Shown here piece after piece: positions 36,712 to 48,700 of a DNA stretch of 64,000 bases. The notes under the pieces were generated by a model, which had not been told where the DNA came from, did no database searches, and saw only the letters and a list, made by a program, of their open reading frames with translations. The DNA is from Lama guanicoe (taxonomy: Eukaryota). A program made the translations under genes and the position numbers. Where the stretch lies: contig MU054908.1 in NCBI GenBank assembly GCA_013239625.1, positions 8,356,144 through 8,420,143 of the forward strand. Reading direction: 5' to 3'. Each line of letters opens with the position of its first letter. Position 1 is the stretch's first letter.

Positions 36712-37185
36712 TGTTATGGGTTTAATTGTGCCATGTCCCTCCCAAGTTCATATGTTGAGGTCCCAACCCCCCAGTAGCTCAGAGCACGACGTTATTTAGA
36801 TACAGGGTTGTTGCAGATGTTGTTAGTTAAGATGTGGTCCTACTGGAGTGGGGTGAGCCCCTAATCCAGTGTGCCTACCTAGTGTCCTTATGAAAAGGGG
36901 AAATTTGGACACGGAAATGCACACAGGAAGGATTTCATGTAAGCATGAAGTCAAGATCACAGTGATGTGCCTACAGGCCAAAGAATACAAAAGAATACCA
37001 GCAAACCACCAGAAGCCAGGGGAAAGGCCNNNNNNNNNNNNNNNNNNNNNNNNNNNNNNNNNNNNNNNNNNNNNNNNNNNNNNNNNNNNNNNNNNNNNNN
37101 NNNNNNNNNNNNNNNNNNNNNNNNNNNNNNNNNNNNNNNNNNNNNNNNNNNNNNNNNNNNNNNNNNNNNNNNNNNNNNNNNNNNG
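36712..37185 (+). mobile_element. MaLR solo LTR (MLT1B/C-like), 3' part in an N-run
   Basis: tgttatgggtttaattgtg...ttcatatgttgaggtcccaacc...gtccttatgaaaaggggaaatttggacac...accaccagaagccagg. Confidence 0.85.
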
Positions 37186-37224
37186 CTGATTTTTTAGTCT
37201 TGGTGACTGAGCAGTAAGAACCAG

Positions 37225-37345
37225 GTGAAATACTGGGAGGTCTAATACCCTCAACAAATACTGGCCTAGAGACCTAGGCCAAGTCACTTAACCTCTCTGG
37301 ATCTCAGTCTCCTCTGTGAAATGGGAATATCATAGTGTTTGTATT
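37225..37345 (+). mobile_element. MIR core
   Basis: ggccaagtcacttaacctctctggatctcagtctcctctgtgaaatggg. Confidence 0.75.
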
Positions 37346-37949
37346 GCATTTTTTTTTCAGGTATTAGGTGGGATATTTAGGTGGTTGAGTCCTATACAAG
37401 TTACTGTTTTGGGAGGGTCCACTTCTGATTTGGTGATGGCAGGAGGGAAGGGATGCCTAGATAAAGATACATATTCTGCATTTGCAAAAACCCACATAAA
37501 ATGACCTAGATAAAATGTCTTCATCAGCCAGAGAGGTAACTTTGATTCATCCTTCCTCATGTGGTTTAGCACGAGGAGGCCAGGAGCACACCTGCTTGGC
37601 CAGTCTGTCCAGAGCTTCCAGTTTGCTTCTGCCCTGTGTTGGTTCCTACGTGCCTCTCTCACGCCAAAGGCAAAACCCAAGACACTCCTTCCTGGCTCCT
37701 GACTCATTCCCTCTGCACCACAGACATGGGTCTCAGACTCTTTGAAATAAACTGACACTAAGTTTATTTAGCTTGTCTCTGTCTTTGAAAAACTGCTGAG
37801 CTCTGAACTGCCTTCTCAATCTCAAGCTTCTCTGTGATAGTTGACAGTCCCTGCTTCTTCCAGAGGTGGTCAGTCATTTCAGAGAAGCCTTTAAAACCCT
37901 GTGGACATCTCCTGTACCCACGTGTATGTGTGTGTGTCTTTAGGTGTCA

Positions 37950-38290
37950 CGTGTCCATCTCCCATAGCAGAGGGTCAGCTTTGTCATGTCAGGACCCTAT
38001 GTCCTTCCTGTTCAAGGTAGTGCCTGGCATCTAGTGGGAACCGAACGCATAATTATTTGAATGAATGAATGTTGCATGAGAAAGGCAGTATCGTCTCATG
38101 CTAAGAACTGAAGACTGATTCCAGAAAACTGTGGTTTAACTTTAGTATCCAGCAGTAATGTTTCTTAACTGTGTGAAAGTGAACAGGACACAACTTAAAG
38201 AAGCCTCAGTTTTTTGAATCTGTAGAATGGAGATAACACTAACTTTTCTGCTTAGCTGAAATATTGAGAGGTTTAAATATCATAAAAATG
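37950..38290 (+). mobile_element. L2 tail (about 37950-38070) followed by MIR (about 38080-38290)
   Basis: tagtgcctggcatctagtgg...ttgaatgaatgaatg, then gcctcagttttttgaatctgtagaatggagataa. Confidence 0.7.
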
Positions 38291-38291
38291 G

Positions 38292-38725
38292 TGCCATGGT
38301 TAGTTTTGTGTGCCAACTCAGCTAGGCTGTAATACTCAGTTATTAATCAAACACTAATCTAAGTGTTGCTGTGAAGGTAATTTGTAGATGGGGTTAGCAT
38401 CTGCAATCAGCTGACTTTAAAAAAAGGAGATTACTCTTAATAGTGTGGTGGGCTTCATCCAATCAGTTGAAAGGCTTTAGAAGAAAAAGACAAAAGTTTC
38501 CTGGAGAAGAAGAAATTCTGTCTCAAGACTGCAGCATCACTTCTTGTCTGAGTTTCCAGCCTACTGGCCTACTGTACAAATTTTGGATTTGTAAGCCTCC
38601 ACAATTGCATTAGCTAATTCCTTGAAATAAATTAAATATATATAACTACATATTATATATATAATCAATGTTTTCCGTATGCATATACGTAGGTATATAT
38701 TCTCTGGAAAACACTGACTGGTATA
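38292..38725 (+). mobile_element. ERVL solo LTR (MLT2D-like)
   Basis: atggttagttttgtgtgccaactc...aatctaagtgttgctgtgaagg...aatcagttgaaaggc...tctctggaaaacactgact. Flanks AATGG and GATGG are a possible TSD. Confidence 0.85.
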
Positions 38726-39894
38726 GATGGGATAGTTGATGAATTTAGAAGGCTGTAAAATGAAGGACAGAGAGTCAGAGGGTGAAGGGAGGAATGCACA
38801 CACTTCATTGCTCAGTGGAGGGACTGAGAGGCTGGGAAGGCCAAGTCCTGCCTACTCTTCCATCTTCCAGGAATACGTGCACAACTGCAAGGCTTCTGCA
38901 AGGATGAAGGTGTCCCAGATAGATGAACGGTTCCACCTCCCCAGGTCCTGGCTAGGGCCGGCTGGCACACACATTCTCAGGGGGGCTGACTGTAGGAAGT
39001 GGATTTTAACAAACAAGCCCCAATAGGGAGGAGAGGGCATGGGGGGCAGTGACTGGCAGCTCCCTGCACCCCTGCCGTGGAGAGAGCACCTGGAGCTGTC
39101 TGTGTGGGGGTTCTCCTGACTGACACCATCCTAACTAGCAGGCCCTCTCTGGCACTGGAGCCTTTTACTAATGCCTTCATTAAAAGGTCTCCCCTAATCG
39201 GTGAGCTGTGGAATGTGCTTACAGGAAGAAGGTTCTTGGGGCTCACAGATGGGTCTTGTATAGAAGAAGCCTGTCTCTGGCTATGTGAGCAGAGTCAGTG
39301 GGTCTTCTTGAAACCTTCTTGCGGACAGTGGTTGCCCTTAACCAGTCCCTCCCATACTCCCTACGACACCCCCTCTAATCCCAAAGACATTTTATGTTAC
39401 AGATAAAAACTAAACCCTAGGTGGCACTTTGGACTTACATTTTATTCTCAAAAAGAAAGAAATTTTGCACAAGTTTTTTAGCCAACTCTGTAATTAGCTC
39501 ATTTGGGGCAGGAACTGTTACATCTGGCACTCCTTCTCCATAATAATAACAGCAGCATTAATTATTCATCACATTTGTACATCAGCTCTCTGATTTAAAA
39601 CGTGCATTCTCATCCATTATTTGCCCGGAACCTACTATGTGCCAGTCGCTGGCCCTGGGGAGTCCAACATAGATAAAATAAGATTCCATTTGAAAGCAGG
39701 ATATTTTATCCATCATGGAAAGTGGACATTTAACACATGATGTGGGGAGAGGGACTGTGAGAAACTCTAGGAGGGGAAAGCCAGCTGCCTGGGGAATTAA
39801 GAAAGATTCTTCAGAGCAAATGTGACTGGGCTAGGCCTTGTGGGAGGGGAAAATCTTGGGCCTTTCTGCCATAGGGCCTGAAGTGCAGATAGAG

Positions 39895-40070
39895 AGCGGC
39901 AGCAGAGGCACCCTGGACTGGAGGCAGGGGGCCTGGGTACTAGATCTCCCCTTACTGAAAACTCAGCATTTGACCTTGGGTAAGTGGTCTCCTCTTCTGT
40001 ACTCAGTTTCTTCATTTGTAAAGTTAGTTCAGTTTTCCTTTTTTTGATATTGAAAGCTTCTTTTCAGATA
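39895..40070 (+). mobile_element. MIR
   Basis: tgaccttgggtaagt...ctcagtttcttcatttgtaaa. Confidence 0.7.
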
Positions 40071-40317
40071 TAAGCAGAAGCCTACCAACTATGTGAAACT
40101 GATGGAAGCAGAGCTGTTCTTAGGGAAGCAGGGGGAGGAATTAGGGCCCCAGCAGCTCTGCCCCACTTTTCCCCACAAAGGAGCCCCAGAAGCAGCTTGC
40201 TTTCCCTCTTGGGCTTTGACTAGCACGGTTTGAAAACCATAAGACCCAGTGGTCTCAAGAGAGTCGGTGCTTCTGTGAAGATCACTAAGCAGTCTGATTT
40301 TTTTAAATGATATCAGC

Positions 40318-40550
40318 ATATTAATATTTACTGAATGCTGTTTCTCAGGCTTTGGGCCAAGGGCTTTTTACCACAACCCCACAAGATAGGTACTGTTGCC
40401 ATCACTATTTTAGAGATGGAGAAATCATGAAACACGAAAGGGCAGTAACTCACCCAGGGTCACGCAATAACTAAGCAGCTCAGGCAAGATTCAAACCCAG
40501 ACAGCACGGCTCCAGAGGCTGTGATAATAACCATTACGCCATCCAGCTTT
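40318..40550 (-). mobile_element. MIR
   Basis: acaaccccacaagataggtactg...ttttagagatggagaaa...cagggtcac...gattcaaacccagacag. Confidence 0.8.
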
Positions 40551-41189
40551 TTAACAGCCCCACAAATGTGTTCCTTGACATTTGCTTAAATAGCTCAAGC
40601 TGAGGTTTAAGTTCATTTAGTCTTAAGCACATAACAGAAATAACCACTTGAAGAATTAAATATGTCATTCTGTAACTTAATTATTGTACCATAGAACAAA
40701 GTTATCATAGGGAAGGAATTTGTTTTCCTGAGTCTAGCTGGGAAACATTTTCTGCTCTTCTCAATTCTCTTTCTTCTCGGTCTTTGCATATTCTCTAGAC
40801 CTTATTTTTTGTCTTAATGAGAGGAAGAATAGCTGATGCCTATCTTTATAATACTCTCCATTTGGCCACCTTTAACTAATTTCTCAGCTCCTCAGGTCTA
40901 AGCAAAAGCAGCAGTAAAGTTCTAGGTACCCCAAGACCTAAAAGGCTGGGCTGGGATGCTGGTTTCCAGGCAGTCAGAGTTCTGGGAACTGGACATAAGC
41001 AGGCCTGCTGCAAAGTCCTATTGTCCAGCCTTAGCTGAGACCTCACCGCTCATCACCAGTCTTGTTTCCTGTTCCTTTATACCTGGTTGCTTCCCCACAG
41101 TAGCTGTGCAAATTCTCCTCCACACTTCCAAGTCTCAGAGTCAGCCCAGTCCCCCTCAGTCTCCCCAGGACACTGCTTATCTCTCGACC

Positions 41190-41640
41190 TATGCAGAGTG
41201 GGCCTCTCTGCTCTGAGGCTGTTCACCTTCCTGTGCCTCCCCAGGAACACCTCTTTGAGCTGTTCCCCATTCCTTTCTTCTTTTCTTTTCCTTTTGATGA
41301 AGAAGCACCCTGTGTCCCTTCCCATATGGTCCTGGTCTCTCCTTTCCAAATCTCATGGTGGTGCACTTAGCTCAGTCTCCTCGCTCTTGATCGCTGCTAC
41401 TTCAGATGCTGAATCTCCTCCCACTCTGGCCCTTCAACCAACAAGTACTGCGGGTATCACTCATTTCAAACAGACCTTTCTCTTGACCCAGTTCCCAGTC
41501 TTGGTAGCACTGGCCCATTATTTCCCTCCAGGAAAGCCATGTACTCATTCTTTCAGCACTTCTCTCTCTCCATTCTTCCCTGTAAATCCCAATCACAGAT
41601 GAGGCTTCAACTGTTCTCCTCCTTGAAAACCACTCCTAAG
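41190..41640 (+). mobile_element. Degenerate L2 internal fragment
   Basis: Pyrimidine-rich L2-like text such as ttcccagtcttggtagcactggccc and ttctctctctccattc...aatcac. Confidence 0.45.
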
Positions 41641-41989
41641 GCCCTGGCACCATCTTTAGGCCCAGCATGGCATGGCGATGTTGCGCCGACCCCTACCTTC
41701 TGCTCTAACATGCCCTGTGATCCTGGATAAGTCTTACCTCATTCTTGGCCTCAATCTCATCAAGCATAAGTTTTCAAAGCTTCATTCAAACAAAAGTGTT
41801 TTCAGAATCCTAATACATTCAACAGATACAAGGCAGGGAGGTCAGGGTGCGCGTGCATGTGTGTGTGTGTGTGTAGGGGCCAGTGAGAACACCCATCCAA
41901 TTAGAATGAGTGGTTCAGCCACCTTTTCCCTGAAAACTTCCCCCTCAGTTCATGGGATTGAATTTTCAGGAGGTATATTTTAAAATGTG

Positions 41990-42362
41990 GCTCTGGCTCA
42001 GCTAAGCCTGCCAGGATTTCTGACATGCAGAATCTGTGACATAATAAATGCTTGTTGTTTTACACCACTAAGTGTTGAGGTAATCTGTTGTGTTGCAGTA
42101 GGTAACTAACAAAACCCTAGACCAGAAATGTGAGCCTGGCAGCTCCAGGTGACCATGTTTTACTGTGTGAAGTGGGAAGCAGACACAGTAAGAGAAAGTG
42201 AGAGAGAAGGTGAAGTCGATGTGAAAAGGTTCCTGTGGTGTTCAGGGCCTTGGTTCTGGTTTATTTCTGAGACCCAGTTTACTCCTGCCTTTGAAAATTT
42301 TGTTCTTTGTGGTAAAAGTCACCCTTTCTCTGCTATTTGTGCTTGTAACCAAAGATGAGGGC
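41990..42362 (+). mobile_element. MLT1 3' end (about 41990-42112) abutting an LTR16/33-like fragment
   Basis: gaatctgtgacataataaatgcttgttgttttacaccactaagt...gtaactaaca, then ...ttgtgcttgtaaccaaaga. Confidence 0.65.
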
Positions 42363-42959
42363 TCTAAGAGACATATCTGGTTTCCTCTGCCTCCAGTGCC
42401 CTTGTTTCCCTGCCCCGCATCTTGCAGCATGAGCCCAGGCACTGTCCATCCTGGTGAGCCTTCCCTGACCAGGTCTCCCACTCACCTCCAGGTAGTCAGG
42501 CCTGCGTCTCTGTATGCTTTCTTAGTTCTCTGAGCATGTTTGAAGACATTTATCATAATTCCAAGACTCTGTGTGTGCCTGTCTGGCTTCCCAATCTTGT
42601 AATTAGAATGAGACAGAGTGAGACTGTGTCATTCATCTCTGTGTCCCCAACATCTTATGAATGAGTTTTTTTAACCAATGGAATAGAACAGTATCCATGT
42701 CAAGATAGCTTTACTCCTATAAAGCAGATTTTCTAGAATGGGTTCTCAAGGTTAGTCAGTTAGGGTGGGATTTAAGTAGATTCACAAAAAGCTGGTATAT
42801 GTTATAACTTGATATATTTTGAAAATCTGATACCAAAGAAATGAATGTATATTTGTAAATTCTAATGGAGAGAAGGAATAAATTCTGGGAAGTTTTCATG
42901 AAAATATTATTTGAACTAGGCTTTGGCTCATAAAAAAAGATTTTGACAGGTAAAATCAT

Positions 42960-43390
42960 TTTTAAGGTTCAAGTAAGGTCTTCCAATAGGCAGAACAGCT
43001 TGAGCAAAGGCATCGAGACATAAATGTGCCTGGAGGATTAGAGGAATGGCAAGTGGTAAGTGGACTGAGAAGTTTTTAGTACATGTAATAGAAAATATGG
43101 CCAGAAAGTTAGACTGCAGCCAGGTAGCAGAGGGTCTCAGAATGCCTCTCTCTGTGTTTACTCTGTGTCCTAGTGTTAAGTGGAGCTCTGTGAAGTGCAG
43201 GGACCAAGGGATGGCATCATGAGAATTGGGTTTTAGAAAGAAAACTCTGTAGGCCAGAGAGCTGGAAACTGATGGAGGTAGCAGACCACTTCAATGACAG
43301 ATCTGGCGATGTCAATAGAAATGGAGGCTAGAAGACTGAAATGATTCGGGAAGCAGACGTCCTGGGTGATTGGAAAGTGGTTGAGAAGCT
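42960..43390 (-). mobile_element. L2 fragment
   Basis: gaacagcttgagcaaaggcat...atgagaattgggttttagaaag. Confidence 0.6.
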
Positions 43391-44127
43391 ATGTTGTAAT
43401 CTTTCCCTAATTTGAGTGCTTAGAATCTAGGGTGATGATTGTACTCAATAGCATTGCCTGTTGGAGAATCACTCATAAGCTAGTGTGGAGGACAGGCCAA
43501 AGGGGATGATACCCTTGTTTCCAGAAGTCCACTCATAGGAAACAGTCAGTGTATCATGAAACATTTATATAGTGGGATGTTACGTAGGCACTACAAAATG
43601 TGACGGGGTAGGTGATTGAAGAATAAAGTGGGAGACATGAGATAGATCAGAAGTAGATGACAAACTGGAAAGACTGAAGCAAGCAGAAAGTTGGAAAAAC
43701 AAGGGAGAAGTTGATGTGGCTCAAAGATGGGCCAATATGGGCGAGCATGTAATAGATCTGCTGGAGACAGCACTTGTAACCATTGGGCACTGTGTGAGGG
43801 GAGGTGCGCTGGTCACCTCATAGTGCAGGGCTCATACACTAAAGGCTGAAGAAGGACTCCACTGGGGAAAATTTCCAAGATGTGTGCCTAATTTGATAAA
43901 AGAAGAAACAGAGATTTAGGATTCAGAAATGAACAGTTACTATTCAGCCCTATTCAGAGATATGCCCACTTTGTACTTTTCTCTCCAGTCATAATGAACA
44001 GCTTATATTTCCCCAAGTCCACCAAGCATCATGGGTCTGTGTTTTTGCTCATGTGATATCACTGTTTGAACTGACTTTCCCTCTTTTAAAGTGAAACTCC
44101 AATTCATGCTTCAAAACCCAACTCTAA

Positions 44128-44222
44128 AAGCAAAGGAAGGAAGGATGGAGGGTGAAAGGGAGGGAAGGGAGGGAAGAGGAGGTAGGAGGGAAGGGATGGA
44201 GGGAGGAAGGGAGGGAGGAAAC
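44128..44222. repeat. Purine-rich (GGAA/GGAG)n low-complexity tract
   Basis: Read directly from the sequence. Confidence 0.9.
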
Positions 44223-44529
44223 AAAGTACCATCCCCCCCCCAAAAAAACCTACATAAACCAATTTCTGAAATCCCAGTATAAAATCTGACAGCACCCCAA
44301 AATCCTTGTAATGCACAGAAAAAGGCAAACACAAAGCCCTAAAAAATGAGGTAATATTATCATTCTGTGATTTTTTTCAGCTGCATACTCAGGCTCTTGG
44401 GTTATATCCTCATGAGGCAGATTCCTCCTAAAAAAGAATGGAAAGACATAATGCACCATTGCTGTTGTATTTTGATAGTAAAGTCTTGTAAGAACCATTT
44501 ATGTAATGTATTTAGGAAGTGGAGAGAGC

Positions 44530-44534
44530 CTCTC

Positions 44535-44578
<44 letters not shown>
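44530..44578. repeat. (CT)n(CA)n microsatellite
   Basis: Read directly from the sequence. Confidence 0.95.
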
Positions 44579-44794
44579 TTTTAGCAATGTTTAAGCACAT
44601 GGCATAGACTGGTAGGGTAGAGGAGGAGTTGAGGGTTGGGGATGGCTGATGTTATCTTTGGAAGTATATACCCTACAGAGAAAGAGTTGTTAAGTAGGGA
44701 GGGGAAAAAATGACCCAGTTAAAACAATGCACACTGTGGAAGGGAATTGTTGGGTTGGTTGTCTTGGCTCTTGGTCACACTACTGATTCAGAAT

Positions 44795-45335
44795 ATGAGC
44801 TCATAAAAATCAGTAAGAAAATCAATTAATAAAGTCAAATGCCAAATGTTATGAATAAACAATTCATAAGAAAAGAAGTACAAGTGACTGGAAAACATTT
44901 GAAAAATATTTAACATAATTTAAAAATGAAGCCGTTTAAATATGAAACCATGGGATGCTCCTTTCAGTTTTTCTATTGAGGAGAATTTCAAAAATTAGTA
45001 ATACTCAGACACTCTCATACAGTGCTAGCAATAATTTAATTAAATCCTTTCTTTAGGGCAATTTGACAATTCATATCAAGTGCCTAACAGTTAACTATAT
45101 CCTTAGATCCAACAACTATATAATTTATAATGGGAATATAGAGGCAAGTATAATAATTTATGTACAGTGTTTATCACAGTACTACTTATGAGCAAAAGTT
45201 TGGAAATAAGACAAATTTTCACCAATAGGAAAATGATTACATAAAATATTAAAAACAAAGTTTTATGTTATTACAAATCATACTGCTTAAAGAGTATTGA
45301 ATGATATAGGAAAATGTTCATAGTATAATGTGAAA
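44795..45335 (+). mobile_element. Ancient L1ME ORF2/3' fragment
   Basis: atgaataaacaattcataagaaaagaagtacaa...cactctcatacagtgctag...agggcaatttgacaat...gaaaatgttcatagtata. Confidence 0.7.
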
Positions 45336-45614
45336 GGATGGCTTCACAGTAAATTTCTTTTGGAATTTAAAAATGTAATTCTACTGCATTATGTCCTCCA
45401 TTGTTTCTGATGGGCAATCTGTTGTACATGTTGTATCACTGTTTGAACTAATTTTCCCTGTTTGAATGTGAAACTCCAATTTCCAAATTTTTGGCCCCCT
45501 ATTTGTAGTGTATTGCTTCTTCTCCGGTTGTTTTCAGCAACTTTATTATGATGTACCTGGGCATCATTTGAATTTATGTTAGGATTCAGTATGCTTTGGT
45601 GTATCATTAAATCG

Positions 45615-45627
45615 ATTGATCGATCTG

Positions 45628-45681
<54 letters not shown>
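45615..45681. repeat. (TCTA)n tetranucleotide STR, about 13 perfect units
   Basis: Read directly from the sequence. Confidence 0.97.
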
Positions 45682-45904
45682 ATATATCTACAGATATATT
45701 CTTGCCAATGCTTTAAACTTTTAAACGTAATTTTTTCAAAAATTTTGTCTGTGTCATACTCCATCTTCTCTCCTTCTGGAACTATGATAATATGATTATT
45801 AGAACTTTTGGTATTGTCACAGAGGTATCAGAGGATCTGTTTGTTTTTTTTTTTAACCTTTTACTTTCTGTTGTTCAGACTGGATTATTTCTATTGACCT
45901 ATCT

Positions 45905-46428
45905 ATTTTTTTTAATTGAAGTACAATCAGTTATAATGTGTCAATCTCTGGTGTACAGCATAATGTGCCAGTCATACATATACATACATATATTCACTTT
46001 CATATTCTTTTCCATTAAAGGTTATTACAAGATACTGAATATAGTTCCCTGTGCTATATAGAAGAAATTTGTTTTTTTTTTCTTTTTTTATATATAGTAG
46101 TTAATATTTGCAAATCTCCAGCTCCCAAATTTGTCCCTTCCCACCTCCTTTCCCCTGGTAACCATAAGACTGTTTACTATGTCTTTGAGGCTGTTTCTGT
46201 TTTGTAGGTGAGTTCATTGGTGTCTTCTTTTTTCTTTTTTTCGATTCCACGTATGAGTGATATCATATGGTAGTTTTCTTTCTCTTTCTGGCTTACTTCA
46301 TTTAGAATGATGATCTCCAGGTCCATCCAGGTTGCTATAAATGGCATTATTTTATTATTTTTTATGGCTGAATAATATTCCTTTGTATAAATATACCACA
46401 ACTTCTTTATCCAGTCCTCTGTCAAATC
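45905..46428 (-). mobile_element. Lineage-specific 5'-truncated L1 of intermediate age, with about 12-bp TSD
   Basis: 46177-46425 translates as DWIKKLWYIYTKEYYSAIKNNKIMPFIATWMDLEIIILNEVSQKEKENYHMISLIRGI. TSD ATTGA(C/T)CTATCT at 45893-45904 and 46429-46440. Confidence 0.93.
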
Positions 46429-48519
46429 ATTGATCTATCTTAAAGATCAGTGACTTTTCCTCTGTCATCTCTATTCTGCTATTGAACATACCAAGTGCAC
46501 GTTTTATTTGGTTATATGTTTTAGTTCTAAAACTTCCATTTGGTTCTTTTTAATGTCTTCTATTTCTCTGCTGCAGCTTTCCCTCTCCATTTATTTCAAG
46601 AGTTATCACTCTCACTTCTTGGAGCATGGTTAATGTATGGTAGTTCCAGCATTTGTGTCATTTCAGGTTAGCATCTGTTGAATGTCTTTTTTCCTTGCAA
46701 GTCATTGAAAATTTCCTGGTCCTTCAATGTTGAGTACTTATAGATTGTGTCCTAGACATGTTGAGTATTATTTGAAGACTCTTGGTCTTATGTCCTATGG
46801 AAAATATCAAATGTTGATTTTGTTTTGTTTTTTTAAAGCAGGCAATTGATTGAGTTGGGTTTGGGCCACAAGTTCAAGCTGACTTTCAGAGGCCTGTGGT
46901 TCAGATGTCAATTCAGTTTCCAAAGCCATTGCAATGCTGTTTGTGTCTGCCCTGCTGTGTGCCATCCAGTGACCAATATACAACTTGGGCAGTGCTCCAC
47001 ATTGTAGGTCAGTTCTCAAAGCCTGTGGTATGCATGCATGTGAAGGTTCAGGGTATGCCCAGGAGTCGATACATAACTTTATGGTGTTACTTCCCCTGCT
47101 GGCTTCCCCTGAAGCACAATCTCCTGGGAATTTTCCAGCTCTGAGGATCCCCCTTCCTTGTCTTCTGACTAGAAAGCTGAGGCTATTACCTACCCTGCTG
47201 TGTACTTTCTGCTACAGACTCCCAGGTCAAGTGGTGAGAGGATTGAGATGGGGAAAGAAAGCCATGAGATTTCCTCCCATGCTTTTGGCTCAGAGTTTTA
47301 GGCGTCTGCTTTACTAACACTGCCATCATTTCTGCTCTTGGTACAGCTATTACTGCCCCTGCTGCCACCATGGTTTTGCCTTAGGGCTGGGGAAATCGAC
47401 AAAACAAACGTCAACTACAACACCGAAGGGAATTTACACATTCCCTCTGTCTTTCAGGGGCTCCTTGGGTCAGAAAGAGAGGGGTTCACTAAGAGCTCTT
47501 TCTTTTTGCACCTGGCATGCACTCCTGGGTTTGGGGCTATAAAGGCACTGTCAGTCAGCGGTGCTCTAGTTCCCCAAACTGCTTGCTGGTATCTACTGCT
47601 CAGAGTCCTCAGATAGATGCTGCAGGCATGTTGTCTAGTGTGTTAGTTACTTTCAACGAGAGAGACAGAGATGTGTGCTTACTTCATCTTATGCAAAACT
47701 AGAACTGATTTCTTTAAGGCTACATTTATGTATATATCATCTGCTGTTTATGTAGAGTCTGCTGCTAAATTCTGAATTTACATGGGTGGATATTTATCTG
47801 TTTGTCCCTAGCACCAAGCACCAAGTTTGGCATGTAATATGTGTCTTTAAAAGCTCAAATTGAATTTCTTTCCAACTTTCCTACCCTTGTCCTAAATGAG
47901 TATATGTTTTCAGTTGTTCTTAATATCATATCTTTAGGAACTCATTTGGTCTATCATACTGCTCTGGGTAAAGCAAACTGTGACCTAAATGCCCAACTGC
48001 ACTACCAGGCACCTCACTTTCTCCCTGGGAATAATTTAAGCAGAAGATGCAGCTCTTCCACCCAGTGTCCTCTAGATGCCTAGGAAGGCAAAAGTGCTAT
48101 CAATTTACCAGTATTACTGGTTTCTAGCAGCTTTCTCTTATGAGTAATAAAATGTGGCCTTCAATGCAAAGTGGTCCAAATGGTTATATAGATGGAATTT
48201 TTTAAAAGCACTTTGCATCCCCAAACATCAAAATAAATAACTGTAAGTGTGAGTCATGTGTTAACTCATCCATTAGAGGAAGTTAGAAAGAAGCCAAACT
48301 AATAAAGTCAAAATAATTTGGTCATTAAAAGAAGCAGTGAAAAGTAGCATTTTAAGTGAGAGTTTTGCAAAGAAGGGGCTGATGTAAAGACACCCAGTCC
48401 GGGAGATTTTTTTCTTTTATTATAGAGAACATTAAGGAGTACTTAGTGGAAGGAGGATGATACAGTTAGTTTCTCTGTTTTCCTATTCCCTAACACCTTC
48501 TCCAATCAAAGAAAATAAA

Positions 48520-48700
48520 TAGATAAAGGATCCCTAATTAATGGCCAGCCTGTAGGCTATTTGCAATGAGTTTGGAAATCTGTCATAAAATAAATATTAA
48601 GACCTTTGTAGCTGTTTACAAGTCTGGCGGCCAATCATCATGAAACCAATTACTTAAATGCTTAGGTAGCAGGATGTGAAGTTTTTAGGGATCCCCCTCC
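48520..48700. promoter_or_regulatory. Candidate developmental enhancer (homeodomain/MEIS/FOX motif cluster)
   Basis: CTAATTAATGG, CTGTCATAAAA, TGTTTACA, CCAATCA and CCAATTAC within about 130 bp of repeat-free sequence. Confidence 0.4.

Larger units (their letters stand above)
45345..47708 (-). mobile_element. Ancient L1M (L1MC/MD-type) 5' UTR and ORF1, interrupted by an STR and a younger L1
   Basis: Antisense ORF1-like text (cctccattgtttctgatgg, ttctctccttctggaact, ctgtcatctctattctgctattga). The 5' terminus reads gtgtgcttacttcatctt...ctagaac. Confidence 0.75.

Noticed and set aside
3078-37287. ORFs spanning N-runs (3.1 kb, 28.4-29.0 kb alternative frames, 37 kb)
   Set aside because: They are open only because N codons contain no stops. 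Only the L1 ORF2 frames are supported.
41087-41602. 171-aa Ser/Leu/Pro-rich ORF
   Set aside because: Lies in pyrimidine-rich degenerate L2 sequence; a compositional artefact.
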